In this document: in pieces, positions 32,521-41,214 of the stretch | Numbering within the stretch: position 1 is the first letter of the stretch | How the letters are laid out: the number at the start of each line of letters is the position of its first letter | NCBI GenBank assembly: GCA_963834515.1 | Contig: CAWICB010000001.1 | Span: 283,290-347,289 of the forward strand | DNA from: an uncultured Actinomycetes bacterium | GTDB taxonomy: Bacteria; Actinomycetota; Actinomycetes; Streptosporangiales; Streptosporangiaceae | DNA: 64,000 nucleotides | Reading direction: 5' to 3' | Notes under the pieces: generated by a model | Databases searched by the model: none | What the model saw: only the letters and a program-made list of their open reading frames with translations | Told to the model about the DNA's origin: nothing | Translations under genes and position numbers: made by a program

Positions 32521-34658
32521 GCCCGGGATCGAGGCCTGGCCGGGGACCGGCGCGCCGCCCGGCCCGGGACGGGTGGCGCGGTGCGGCTGGACCGGGCCGG
32601 CGTGACGGGCCGGCCCGGCCCGGGACGGTGCGTCCCAGCGGACCTGCCGCCCGCCGCGCCCGTGGTGGCCGAGGCGGAGGGCGTGCTGCTCGGGCTGGCT
32701 GACCGCGACCGCGGTGGCCTGCTGGTGGCCGGGGCCGGCGGCGTGGCGGTGGCTGACGGCGTGGCGGTGGCCTGCGGCGTGGCCGTGGCCGTGGCTGTGG
32801 GCGTGGCGGTGGCCGGCGGACTGGCTGTGCCCGGCGCGCTGCCGGTGCGGGTGGCGGGCGGGGTAGGCGCGGGCGAGGCCGGATGGCTGGCTGCGGGCGC
32901 CGGGCTGTGCGCTGCAGCCGGGCTGTGCGCTGGCGCCGGGCTGTGCGCTGGCGGAGCCGGGGCGGGCGCGTCGTACTGGTACAGGTTGTACTGCCGCATC
33001 AGGCTGATCAGTTGTGCGCCGTACTGCGGGTCGGTGGCATAGACCCCAGTGAGCGCGTTGGCGAACGCGTTAGGCGCCGAACGGACCGCCATGGCCTGCT
33101 GGTAGTAGCCGCTGTCAGCCAGCAGCTGCCCGTGGTCGGCGATGCTCTCGGCGAAGTTATGGTAGACGCGGAACGGGGCAGTGGTGCTGACCCACTGGCC
33201 GTTCTCATACTCCTGGGTGGGCAGCGAGTCGGTCCCGGCCGGGCCGGTCCCCTTCATGCCGAACAGGTTGTAGTCCTGGCTGGCCAGCAGGCTCTGGCCC
33301 CAGTTCGACTCGTCGATGGCCTGCGCGATCGTGACCGCGGCCGGAACCCCGTAGGTGCGCTGCGACGCGATAGCGCCCGGGACCACCGAGTCAATGAACG
33401 CCTTCTGTGCGGACGCCTCGTCTGCCGGGGCCGCGCTAGCCGGGACCTGATGGTGGCCGGGGCTGGCCGCTGGCCGGCGCGGGGCCGCGGGCCCGGGGCG
33501 GCCGGTAGCGTCCAGGCCCGGGATGGCCGTGCCGCCCGGCGCGGCGGTCTGATCGGTCAGCACGCCTGAGCCGGCCCCAGGGTCACGGTGGTGCCCGTGC
33601 TCGGCCGTGCCGGGGCCGGTAGCGCCGGGGATGGCGGCGGCGCCGGCCAGGGCAGTCACCGCGGCGGGCGCATGATGACTGGGCGGCCGCGGGGCGGGTA
33701 CCTGGCCCGAGCCCGGAATGGCGGCCAGCCCAGTGGCCGCGTCGGTCTGGGCAGCGGGGCCGCTGCCTGCCGCCTGGCCCGCGCCCCGGTGCGCCGGTCC
33801 GCCCGCGGCACCAGCCGCCGCGGGTGCGGACCCCGGGATGGCGGCCTGCCCGGCCCCGGTGGCCGGCCCGGCCCGGGCAGCTGCGCGGTGCGCCGGGCCG
33901 GGTCCAGGGCGGGCCGCGCTGGCCGCACCGGAGCCGGCCTGCTGCAGCGAGCCGTTGTTGACGAAGCCGGCCACGCCCTGGGCCGACAGCGGCGCCGGGT
34001 ACTGGTGCGCGTTAACCGAGAAGTTCGGCAGTGAGTCGCCGCCGATCGTGTGCAGCACGCCGTTCGCGTCCGACGTGACCACTTCGACGTGCTGGTCGAA
34101 CAGCACCCAGTCGCCGGGCTGCGGCTGGTAGCCATCACCGAGCGGGTGCCAGCGGTGCTGCGTCTCCGCGTCCTGCAGGACCGACATGACGCCCGGCGAG
34201 GATGGGTTCGGGTCAACCCGGACGTCGGCCCAGCTGTGCAGCGGCCAGGGGTAGGAGCTGCCGCCGGTCACCCAGCTCTGCTGGCCCACCACCTTGGCCG
34301 CCAGCTCCAGCGTCAGGCTGGCGAACGCGGCGCAGGACGGCCCGTGGTCGGCATGATCGATGCTGTCCTGCTGCCAGATCATCGCCTCCATCTCGGCCGG
34401 TGTGTTGTGCTGGGCCAGCTGCAGGTAGTGCTCGGCCACGTTGACGATGGCGGTACGCAGGGTGGCGTCGCTGGCCGGGGCCTGCCTGGTGGAGTGCTGC
34501 AGCGCCAGCAGGTTGATGGGCAGGCTGGTGGGCGACGAGAAATCCACCGCCGTCCGCGGCACGAACGAGAAACCCGTGATGGCGCCGCCAGCGCTGAGGC
34601 TGACCAGCGCGGTGGCCTGCTGCCACCACGGCGAGCTGGCGCGCGGCAACGATTTCAC
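32085..34658 (-). CDS. secreted bifunctional peptidoglycan hydrolase (CHAP/NlpC-P60-like cysteine peptidase + glucosaminidase/FlgJ-type domain) with a long Pro/Thr/Ala linker
   Basis: CHAP-like region: ..HGPSCAAFASL...GDWVLFDQHVEVVTS. Glucosaminidase region: ..TIAQAIDESNWGQSLLASQDYNLFGMKG...YENGQW...FRVYHNFAESIADHG..L. Linker repeats: AHSPAP, TATATP. The Arg-rich tail after ~32650 looks out of frame. The start is GTG 34658 or TTG 34646. Confidence 0.8.
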   Translation of the reverse strand: MKSLPRASSPWWQQATALVSLSAGGAITGFSFVPRTAVDFSSPTSLPINLLALQHSTRQAPASDATLRTAIVNVAEHYLQLAQHNTPAEMEAMIWQQDSIDHADHGPSCAAFASLTLELAAKVVGQQSWVTGGSSYPWPLHSWADVRVDPNPSSPGVMSVLQDAETQHRWHPLGDGYQPQPGDWVLFDQHVEVVTSDANGVLHTIGGDSLPNFSVNAHQYPAPLSAQGVAGFVNNGSLQQAGSGAASAARPGPGPAHRAAARAGPATGAGQAAIPGSAPAAAGAAGGPAHRGAGQAAGSGPAAQTDAATGLAAIPGSGQVPAPRPPSHHAPAAVTALAGAAAIPGATGPGTAEHGHHRDPGAGSGVLTDQTAAPGGTAIPGLDATGRPGPAAPRRPAASPGHHQVPASAAPADEASAQKAFIDSVVPGAIASQRTYGVPAAVTIAQAIDESNWGQSLLASQDYNLFGMKGTGPAGTDSLPTQEYENGQWVSTTAPFRVYHNFAESIADHGQLLADSGYYQQAMAVRSAPNAFANALTGVYATDPQYGAQLISLMRQYNLYQYDAPAPAPPAHSPAPAHSPAAAHSPAPAASHPASPAPTPPATRTGSAPGTASPPATATPTATATATPQATATPSATATPPAPATSRPPRSRSASPSSTPSASATTGAAGGRSAGTHRPGPGRPVTPARSSRTAPPVPGRAARRSPARPRSRAWRPLRHPPGPARAHQLRRRGRPSPRRARRSAPTGGPARTAAPPPQRRSTRCSPRQSCRPPGPAPAHRARRRGQPSPRRARQSAPAAGPARTPAPPPQRRSTRFSPRQNCRRVTASPGRPRAAAGPGPHCAGTGRRSRGRCTPRS
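32191..32502. repeat. 156-bp tandem repeat, 2 copies
   Basis: Copies at 32191-32346 and 32347-32502. The first ~55 nt of each differ at only two positions (32197/32353 and 32212/32368). The remainder is more diverged. Confidence 0.9.
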
Positions 34659-34748
34659 CTCCTTACTGATGGTGTTGAAGCAGCCCGCACGGCGCGGGCG
34701 CGGACGCAGGTCCGCGTGGCCGGGGCACCGGAGGGGTGATCGCCCCGG

Positions 34749-35897
34749 TCAGGGCGAGAGGGCGGCGGCCGGCAGGTGGGCCAGGATGTGCCGGACCTTC
34801 GGGCTGCCGGGATCCTTGGCGTTCTGGAACAGGACCGCCGCGTCCTGGGCCGCCACGGCCGGGGCGCCCACCACCCACTTGAGGTACACGTCACGCACCA
34901 GCGCCACTTGGCCATCCGGCGTGAGCGGCCTCGCGCACACGTCCGGGTAACCCTGCCGCGCGTCGAGCGCCGCCGACCCGGTGTACCGGACGCAGTTCGC
35001 CGAGCTGCCCTCCAGGCCGGGCTGCACCACCGGCGCGCCATTCGTGTTGGTCACCGTCACGCCGCCGATGATGTCGTTGATGGCGCGCGCCGCGACCTGG
35101 ATGCTGTCCATCGGGTCGGCCGGGTCATAAGGGTGGTGCAGGTTCAGCGCCGCTGCGACCTGCCCGCCCTGTCCGGGCGTGATCGGCTCCAGACCCTGCC
35201 GCCCGCTCTTGGTGTCGGCGAAGTTCGGGTTGTCGTTGCTGGTGATGAGCGAGAAGACCCACAGGATCTGCCGGGTGCCCTTGGCGCAGGCGAAGTTGAC
35301 CTGGCCTGGCTCGGACATCACGTTGGGGTTCTCACACGCCCTCGCGATCTCATCTTGCACTCGCGCCACGCTGCCCGGCCAGGATGCACCGCCGCTGGAC
35401 GTCACCAGCAGGATGATCACGCCGAGCAGCGTGGCCACCGCCGCGGCGCCGATGACCGTCTTCCGGCTGACCGGGATGCTCCGGCGCTGCGCGCTCGGGC
35501 GCCCCCGGTTGATGAGCACGGTGGTGCGGTCCGCATCCGGCGCCTCGTCTGCCTCGTCCGGGCCGGGCCGGGCCAGATCGGCCTCATACCGGCCAACGTC
35601 GAATTGATCGGGCTGGCGGGCGTCCGCCCCGCCCGGCGCGAACCCGAATTCGGGCCGGGGGGCCACATACGCGGCCCGCGGGCTCGGCACCCGCGCCGTG
35701 GGCTGGCACTGATCGCACTGGCACGCGTCGGTGCCATAACCGGGTTCGCCGGCCCGGCCCGGCCCCGGCCGCGGGAATTCCCGCTGCAGTGAATCGCGCG
35801 CGTCGGATATTTCCTGTTCGACTTCTGCGGTCGTTTTCCTGAGGTCGGCGAGGTGCTCGGTCTTGAGCCGGATTATGTCCTCGAAGTAGGTGCTCAC
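34749..35897 (-). CDS. single-pass membrane protein with a coiled-coil-like cytoplasmic N-terminus and a ~210-aa extracytoplasmic domain, unknown family; first gene of the cell-wall operon
   Basis: GTG 35897 (MSTYFEDIIRLKTEHLADLRKTTAEVEQEISDARDSLQ). It has a CQCDQC cluster, a TM helix (VIGAAAVATLLGVIILLV), and an ectodomain with 4 Cys (ACENPN..NFACAKG..SANCVRY..DVCARP). Confidence 0.6.
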   Translation of the reverse strand: MSTYFEDIIRLKTEHLADLRKTTAEVEQEISDARDSLQREFPRPGPGRAGEPGYGTDACQCDQCQPTARVPSPRAAYVAPRPEFGFAPGGADARQPDQFDVGRYEADLARPGPDEADEAPDADRTTVLINRGRPSAQRRSIPVSRKTVIGAAAVATLLGVIILLVTSSGGASWPGSVARVQDEIARACENPNVMSEPGQVNFACAKGTRQILWVFSLITSNDNPNFADTKSGRQGLEPITPGQGGQVAAALNLHHPYDPADPMDSIQVAARAINDIIGGVTVTNTNGAPVVQPGLEGSSANCVRYTGSAALDARQGYPDVCARPLTPDGQVALVRDVYLKWVVGAPAVAAQDAAVLFQNAKDPGSPKVRHILAHLPAAALSP

Positions 35898-36469
35898 GGT
35901 CTCACCCCTGGCGTGCGCTGTGGATCAGGCGGATTCAGATCCTGATGACCGGCATGAAGCCTGCCTGCGCGGCGTCTGGTGAGCAGCTGGTGCGGTTGCG
36001 GGCACCCTGGGGGCGGCGAAGCGGGAAGGGCCGGGGGTGGCTCATGCCAGGTCATCCGAAAGCCTGTCGGCCCCGTGTGGGGGAAGCCGGCCTGGCCCGC
36101 GGCCGCCACCGCGATGGTGGCGGCCCGGGGCAGTGATCCAGCAGCGCGAGCGACCTCAGGCATGAAGGTATTAGAACATAAGTACGATGGAACTGGGAAG
36201 ACGGTTTGCCTAGAACACGCGTTCGAATCTGGGGCGCCGGCCGTGACTTCCGCGCTGAGCTGGGATGATGCCGGGCCGCCAAGATCTGCCGCTGGGCTGG
36301 GGGAGCTGCCGGACAGGGTACGGGCCAGGTCCGACAAAACCGGCGGCTCCCGCTGGGCTGGCCGGTCAGCCCGCTCAGCGCGCTGAGCCAGCGGCGGGGC
36401 GGCTCAGCCCGGCCCGCCAGGCCGGCCGGGGCGCGCGTTCCGTGGCGGGTGGGCCACGCCGCGCGGGTG

Positions 36470-37501
36470 TCAGCCGGCCCGTGGCCGACGGTCGGGCTCG
36501 GCCGCGGTTGTGGCGGCCCGCGTGCCTGCCCTGGCCGCGTCCCCGCCGCTGCCCGCCGCGCTGGTATCCGCGCTGCTCCCGCGGCCAGGCGGCGCGCCCC
36601 CGGCCGAGCCGGTCGGCACCGCAGGCTGGCGGCCGTTGCGCCACGGCTGCGCGCGGACCAGCCAGTATGCCCCGCCGCCGAGCGCCACCACGCACAGGAC
36701 CCAGCCCAGCGTGGTCGTGCCCACCCCGACGTATTTGAGCCCGGACGCGAAGATGACGAACGTGATGATGGGCCGGATGTACCGGTCCGGGGCCCGGGAC
36801 GACAGGAACGAGCCGATCAGCACGGCCGGCACGCTGCCGATCACGATCGATGCGGTCACCCCGAACTGGACTGTGCCGAAGATCAGCGCACCTAGCGCCG
36901 CGGCCAGGGTCAGCGGGACGGCCTGGGTCAGGTCGGTGCCGACCAGCTGGCCCGCGCTGAGCAGCGGGTAGAGGAAGAGCAGCAGCACGATCATCAGCGA
37001 TCCGGAACCGACTGACGTCATTCCTACGATGACCCCGCCGATCACGCCGATCAGCACGGTCGGCAGCGGGCGGATGGTGATCTTGTGCACGGTGCCGGTG
37101 CGCTCAGTGCCTGACCTGCGGTCCAGGATGTAGCGGAACACCATCGCGGCCGCGCCGACCAGCAGTGCCGCACCGAGCGCGACCTCGACGTGTTTCTGCT
37201 GGGCCGAGCTGCCGCCGAGCCGGTGCAGCAGGTAGGCGCCGAGGAACGCGGCCGGCACGGAGCCGATCACCATCCAGCCGACCAGGCGCAGGTTGACGGT
37301 GCCCTTGCGCAGGTGGACGGCCGCCCCTACGGGACGCATCAGCACCGCGGCGACCAGGTCACTGGAGATGGCGGCCGAGGGCTTGACCCCGAACAGCAGG
37401 ATCAGCATCGGCGTCATCAGCGCGCCGCCGCCCGCCCCGGTCAGCCCGACCAGCAAGCCGACCACCGCGCTGCCCAGCACGATGTACGGGTTAACGGTCA
37501 T
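36470..37501 (-). CDS. TauE/SafE (DUF81) family sulfite-exporter-like membrane protein
   Basis: VGLLVGLTGAGGGALMTPMLILLFG... and a second-half repeat GGVIVGMTSVGSGSLMIVLLLFL. There are about 8 TM helices and a Gly/Ala/Ser-rich tail. Confidence 0.85.
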   Translation of the reverse strand: MTVNPYIVLGSAVVGLLVGLTGAGGGALMTPMLILLFGVKPSAAISSDLVAAVLMRPVGAAVHLRKGTVNLRLVGWMVIGSVPAAFLGAYLLHRLGGSSAQQKHVEVALGAALLVGAAAMVFRYILDRRSGTERTGTVHKITIRPLPTVLIGVIGGVIVGMTSVGSGSLMIVLLLFLYPLLSAGQLVGTDLTQAVPLTLAAALGALIFGTVQFGVTASIVIGSVPAVLIGSFLSSRAPDRYIRPIITFVIFASGLKYVGVGTTTLGWVLCVVALGGGAYWLVRAQPWRNGRQPAVPTGSAGGAPPGRGSSADTSAAGSGGDAARAGTRAATTAAEPDRRPRAG

Positions 37502-37562
37502 GGCTGGGTCCCACTTCCTGCCGGGCGGTGGTCGGTGAATTCCCTAGAAAGCTCCGTCCAAA

Positions 37563-37656
37563 TATAGGCATCGACCCGGAGATGTCTATAGCGCCGCCAA
37601 GAAAAGTGGGCTGTATAGCCCGCCGCGTTATTCTCGACTATAGCTAGAGGTATAGC
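37563..37656. promoter_or_regulatory. cluster of five TATAG(C/G) motifs in the AT-rich region upstream of the TauE-like gene
   Basis: Motif starts at 37563, 37587, 37614, 37639 and 37651 (spacings 24, 27, 25 and 12 nt). Two of them sit in palindromic CTATAG. The function is unknown. Confidence 0.35.
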
Positions 37657-37724
37657 CGGGAAAGGCGGTTAACTAACGGCCGCAGTCGTTACTTAAACGG
37701 CCGCAGCCGGTGCTCACCGGCCGG

Positions 37725-38180
37725 TCAGGCCACCGCGCGGCACAGCACGGCGAACGCCAGGGCGCCGCCGCTGAGCACCACCACGCCCTTATCCGGCGGG
37801 CCAGGCTCCAGGTCCAGGGTGAGCATGGTGCCGGCGCTCATCGCGGCCTCGATGTCCCGCTCCAGAACAGGCACCTCGTACTTGGCCGCGAGCAGGTAGC
37901 CGGGGCTGGTGACGGAAGGCCCGCTGACCGACGGAAGGTACAGCAGCGGCGCGGTGCCTATCCCGCCGCCACTGGGGTTCCAGCCGCGCGGGCTGATCGG
38001 CTGGTTCAGTACCACCTTCCCGGCCGCCCGTGGGTTGATGATGAGCCGGCCCACCATGGGGGCGGTCACGTCGATGGTGAACGGAGCGGGGTGCTCCTGC
38101 GCCGTGGCCACCTCGTCGAAGCCGGCCGGGTCGAACGTCCAGACGGTGGGGTCAATCCCAATCTGCAGTTCCGCGCTCAT
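37725..38180 (-). CDS. hypothetical protein (151 aa), unknown family, immediately downstream of the LAL regulator
   Basis: ATG 38180 is preceded by GAGGAGGAG. The sequence MSAELQIGIDPTVWTFDPAGFDEV...LIINPRAAGKVVLNQPISPRGW... is non-repetitive with good GC3. It overlaps the regulator's 3' end by 29 nt. Confidence 0.55.
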   Translation of the reverse strand: MSAELQIGIDPTVWTFDPAGFDEVATAQEHPAPFTIDVTAPMVGRLIINPRAAGKVVLNQPISPRGWNPSGGGIGTAPLLYLPSVSGPSVTSPGYLLAAKYEVPVLERDIEAAMSAGTMLTLDLEPGPPDKGVVVLSGGALAFAVLCRAVA

Positions 38181-41055
38181 GCCGCTCCTCCTCGGGTCGT
38201 GCCAGTGGGTGTTCCGGCGGGCCGGGCCGGGCCTGCGGGGAGGGCTGGGCCAGCCCCAGCCGGGCGCCGACGGTCGCTGCCTCGGTGCGGTTCCGCACGC
38301 CCAGTTTGCCAAGGATCCGGGAGACATGCACGGCTACGGTCCGCTCGCTGATGAACAGCGCCCGCGCGATCTGGCGGTTGCTGTCACCCTGGATGAGCAG
38401 CGCCAGCACGTCCGATTCGCGCGCCGTGAGATCGAACCGGGCCGCCCCGCCCGCCGGCTGGCTGGCCGGGCGGGGCGGGCTGGCCAGCCGGGTCCGCCGG
38501 GCCAGGTCGCCCGCCAGCCGGAGCAGCGGGGCCGAAGGAAGGTCCGCGGCCAGGGCCTGGCCCGCGGCCAGCGCCCGGGTGGCCTGGCCGCGACGCCCGG
38601 CCCGGGCCGCCGCGTCCGCCTCGCGCAGGCGCGCGTAGGCCTCGCGGTACGGCTGGCTGGCGGCCTGCCACGCGCCGGCCACGCCGCGCCACGTTTCCCG
38701 GGTGTCGCGGCCGTGGCTGCGGGCCTCCTCGGCCGCTTCGAGCAGCGCGAACGCGGCTATCGCGGGCCAGGCGGCCCCCGTCGGCGGCCACAATGGCGTG
38801 GGCCCGGGCCCCGAACGTGCCGGCGGCCGGCGCCCAGAGCTCGGCCAGGTCGCTGGGCCGCGCCACGCCGGGCAGGGCGGCCAGGCCGGCCGCGGTCCCG
38901 GCCCCGGCGGCCAGCAGCCGGATCTCGTCTTCGGCCAGGTCCGCGCCGGCCAGGGCGGCCAGCCCATCCAGCACCTGGCCGGCCGCGGCAGCCAGGTCAC
39001 CGGCGTGCAGCGCCTGCTCGGCCAGGCACGCCCGGAGCGGGCCGGTGAGCCGGGGATCCTCGGGCGCCTTTTCCAGCCCGGCGGCCAGCGAATCGGCCCA
39101 CTCCGCGTCGCCGAGGCCTACGGCCAGCTCCAGCCGGAGCAGGTCCAGGTACTGCACGTAGGCCGTGGACTCACCGGCCAGTTCGGCCAGCAGCTGGCCC
39201 GCCTCCGCCCACCGTCCGGTCGCGACCAGCACCGCGGCGGTGTTGTTGTCCAGCACCGAGGTCAGTGAGGGCGGGGCGTCCAGGGCCCGGGCCGCTTGCG
39301 GCCGGCCCGGGCCACGGCCAGCGCCTCCGTGAACCGGCCCGCCGTGCACAGCAGGTACATGTGATTGGCCGCGGCCCGCACAATGTCCTCGATGCTGCCG
39401 CTGGCCTGGGCCAGGCGGTCAGCCGTCCGGAGCGCGGCCAGGCCGGCGTCCAGGCCGCCGCGCTGGGCCACGATGATGCCCAGCGTGGCCAGGGCGTGTG
39501 CCTGCTCGGCGGGCGCGCCGGCCTGCTCGGCCTGCTGGATGGCCCGCTCCGCTTCGGGCTGGGCCGCGTCGAGCTCGCCGAGCAGCATCCGGTGAGTGGC
39601 CAGCGCGGCCAGCGCGCGGGCGCGCAGCGCGGACGGCGGCCCAGCCGGGATGAGCGCCACCGCCTGCTCGCTGGCTGCCGCCGCGGCATGCGGGTCGCCC
39701 GCCTCCCAGCGGTACCGGCCGAGCCGTTCCAGCAGCCGGGCCCGGTCGGCCGGGTCGGCCGGGCTGGCCCGGGCCAGCCCGGCCGCGGTCCAGTCCGCGG
39801 CGCGTTCCGGATCCCCGGCCCAGCTGGCCGCCTGGGCGGCCTCCTCGAGCAGGCCCGCGCCCAGGCCGGGTAGCCATGCCGCCAGGTCGATGGCCAGCGC
39901 GTAGTGGCGGGCGGCCTCGGGGTAGGCGCGGGCCGAGACGGCCTGGCGGGCGGCGGCCACGGCCGCCGGGGCGGCCCGGTCCGGGCAGCCCGCCCGCTGC
40001 CAGTGCTGGGCCAGCATTCCCGGGCTCACGTCCGTGCGCCCGGCCAGCGCGGTGGCCAGCGCCCGGTGCAGCAGCTGCCGTTCACCGGGCAGCAGCCCCT
40101 CATACAGCGCCTGCCTGATCAGGCCGTGCCGGAACGCGTAGCCGTCGCCGGCCGGGCCAATCAGCCCGGATGCCACGGCCTGCCGCGCCGCCGTGAGCAG
40201 CTGCTGCTCATCGACCGGAAGCGTCGCGGCGAGCAGTGCGTGTGACATCCCGCCGTCGGCCACGCAGACCTGGTCGAGCAGGGCCCGGGCTTGCTCGGGG
40301 AGGCTGGCCGCGCGGGCCAGCACAGCGTCGGCGATCGAGGGCGGCGGCCCCGCCGTGTCGGCCACGGCCAGTTCCTGGGCGTACAGCGGGTTGCCGCCCG
40401 CGGCGGACACCACCGCGGCCAGCCGGTCGGCGCGGCTGCCATCCGGCAGCAGCCGGGTGACCAGTTCGGACATCTCGGCGTCGGACAGGCCGGTGAGCCG
40501 GAGCCGGGTCACGCCAGGCCGGCGTTCCAGCTCGGCCAGCCAGCGGCGCGTCCCGGGGTCCAGGTCCTCGTCGCGCAGCGTGGCGGCCAGCAGCACCGGG
40601 GCCTGGTGCAACCGGACGGCCAGGAAGGCCAGCAGTTCCCGGGACGAGTCGTCCGCCCAGTGCAGGTCCTCCAGCACGAGGATCAGCGGCGCGCGGGTGG
40701 CGAGCTCGCGGAGCAGCCCGAGCAGGCGGACGAACAGGCGGTGCCGGGCGGCGAGCATGTCCCCGGCCGCGCCGTCGTCCAGCAGCCAGCCGGCCTGCTC
40801 GCCCAGGGCGGCGGCGAACGGCCCGTAGGCCAGGGCGGCGCCGGCCAGCGGCGCGGACTCGCCGCAGCGGACCTGGGCGCCAGCCGAGCGCGCCTGCTGG
40901 CTCAGCTCCTCGACCAGCCTGGTTTTGCCGATCCCGGACGGCCCGGTGATCAGCAACAACTGGGCCTGGCCCGCGGCCGCGCGAGCCACGGCGGCCGACA
41001 GCACCTGGCGCTCGGCAATCCGCCCCACGATCGGCGCCGACCTTGCCACATGCAA
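38152..41055 (-). pseudogene. LAL-type (large ATP-binding LuxR family) regulator, interrupted by two 1-nt frameshifts
   Basis: The N-terminal ORF 39262-41055 has Walker A LLITGPSGIGKTRLVEEL. The TPR-like middle continues in ORF 38384-39349. The LuxR HTH (LTARESDVLALLIQGDSNRQIARALFISERTVAVHVSRILGKLGV) is in ORF 38152-39000. The junctions are near 39300 and 38780 (a C5 run). Confidence 0.8.
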
Positions 41056-41084
41056 AGTGTCCGGGGTTTACCGGCCGGTGTCGA

Positions 41085-41134
41085 CCGCCGTAGTCAATTC
41101 CCGCCGCCCTGAATACGTATCGCTGCCGATGTGC
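41085..41134 (+). promoter_or_regulatory. conserved ~50-bp upstream element, copy 1 (before secreted-protein paralog 1, next to the divergent LAL gene)
   Basis: ccgccGTAGTCAATTCCCGCCGCCCtGAATACGtATcGCTGcCGATGTGC. It differs from the copy at 41762-41811 at only about 6 positions. Confidence 0.5.
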
Positions 41135-41214
41135 GGCGATGCCCGTTACCGCACGCTGCTGGCATGACAGCTGCGGCCGGGGGCCGGCCGCACCAATCTC
41201 AGGGGGAACCAGTC

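Noticed and set aside
35898-36200. ydaO-type cyclic-di-AMP riboswitch call for the cell-wall operon leader
   Set aside because: Only fragmentary resemblance was found (CCCACACGGGG, GAAUCCGCC). The conserved GGGGUGAAUC and CAGCUAACCUCGUA blocks are not convincingly present. It is reported as something to test, not as a feature.
41085-41134. The conserved upstream element read as a short coding sequence (VVNSRRPEY... appears in both ORF-track translations)
   Set aside because: Of the four nucleotide differences inside that frame, only one is synonymous and three change the amino acid. There is no start or RBS context. Conservation is better explained at the DNA level.
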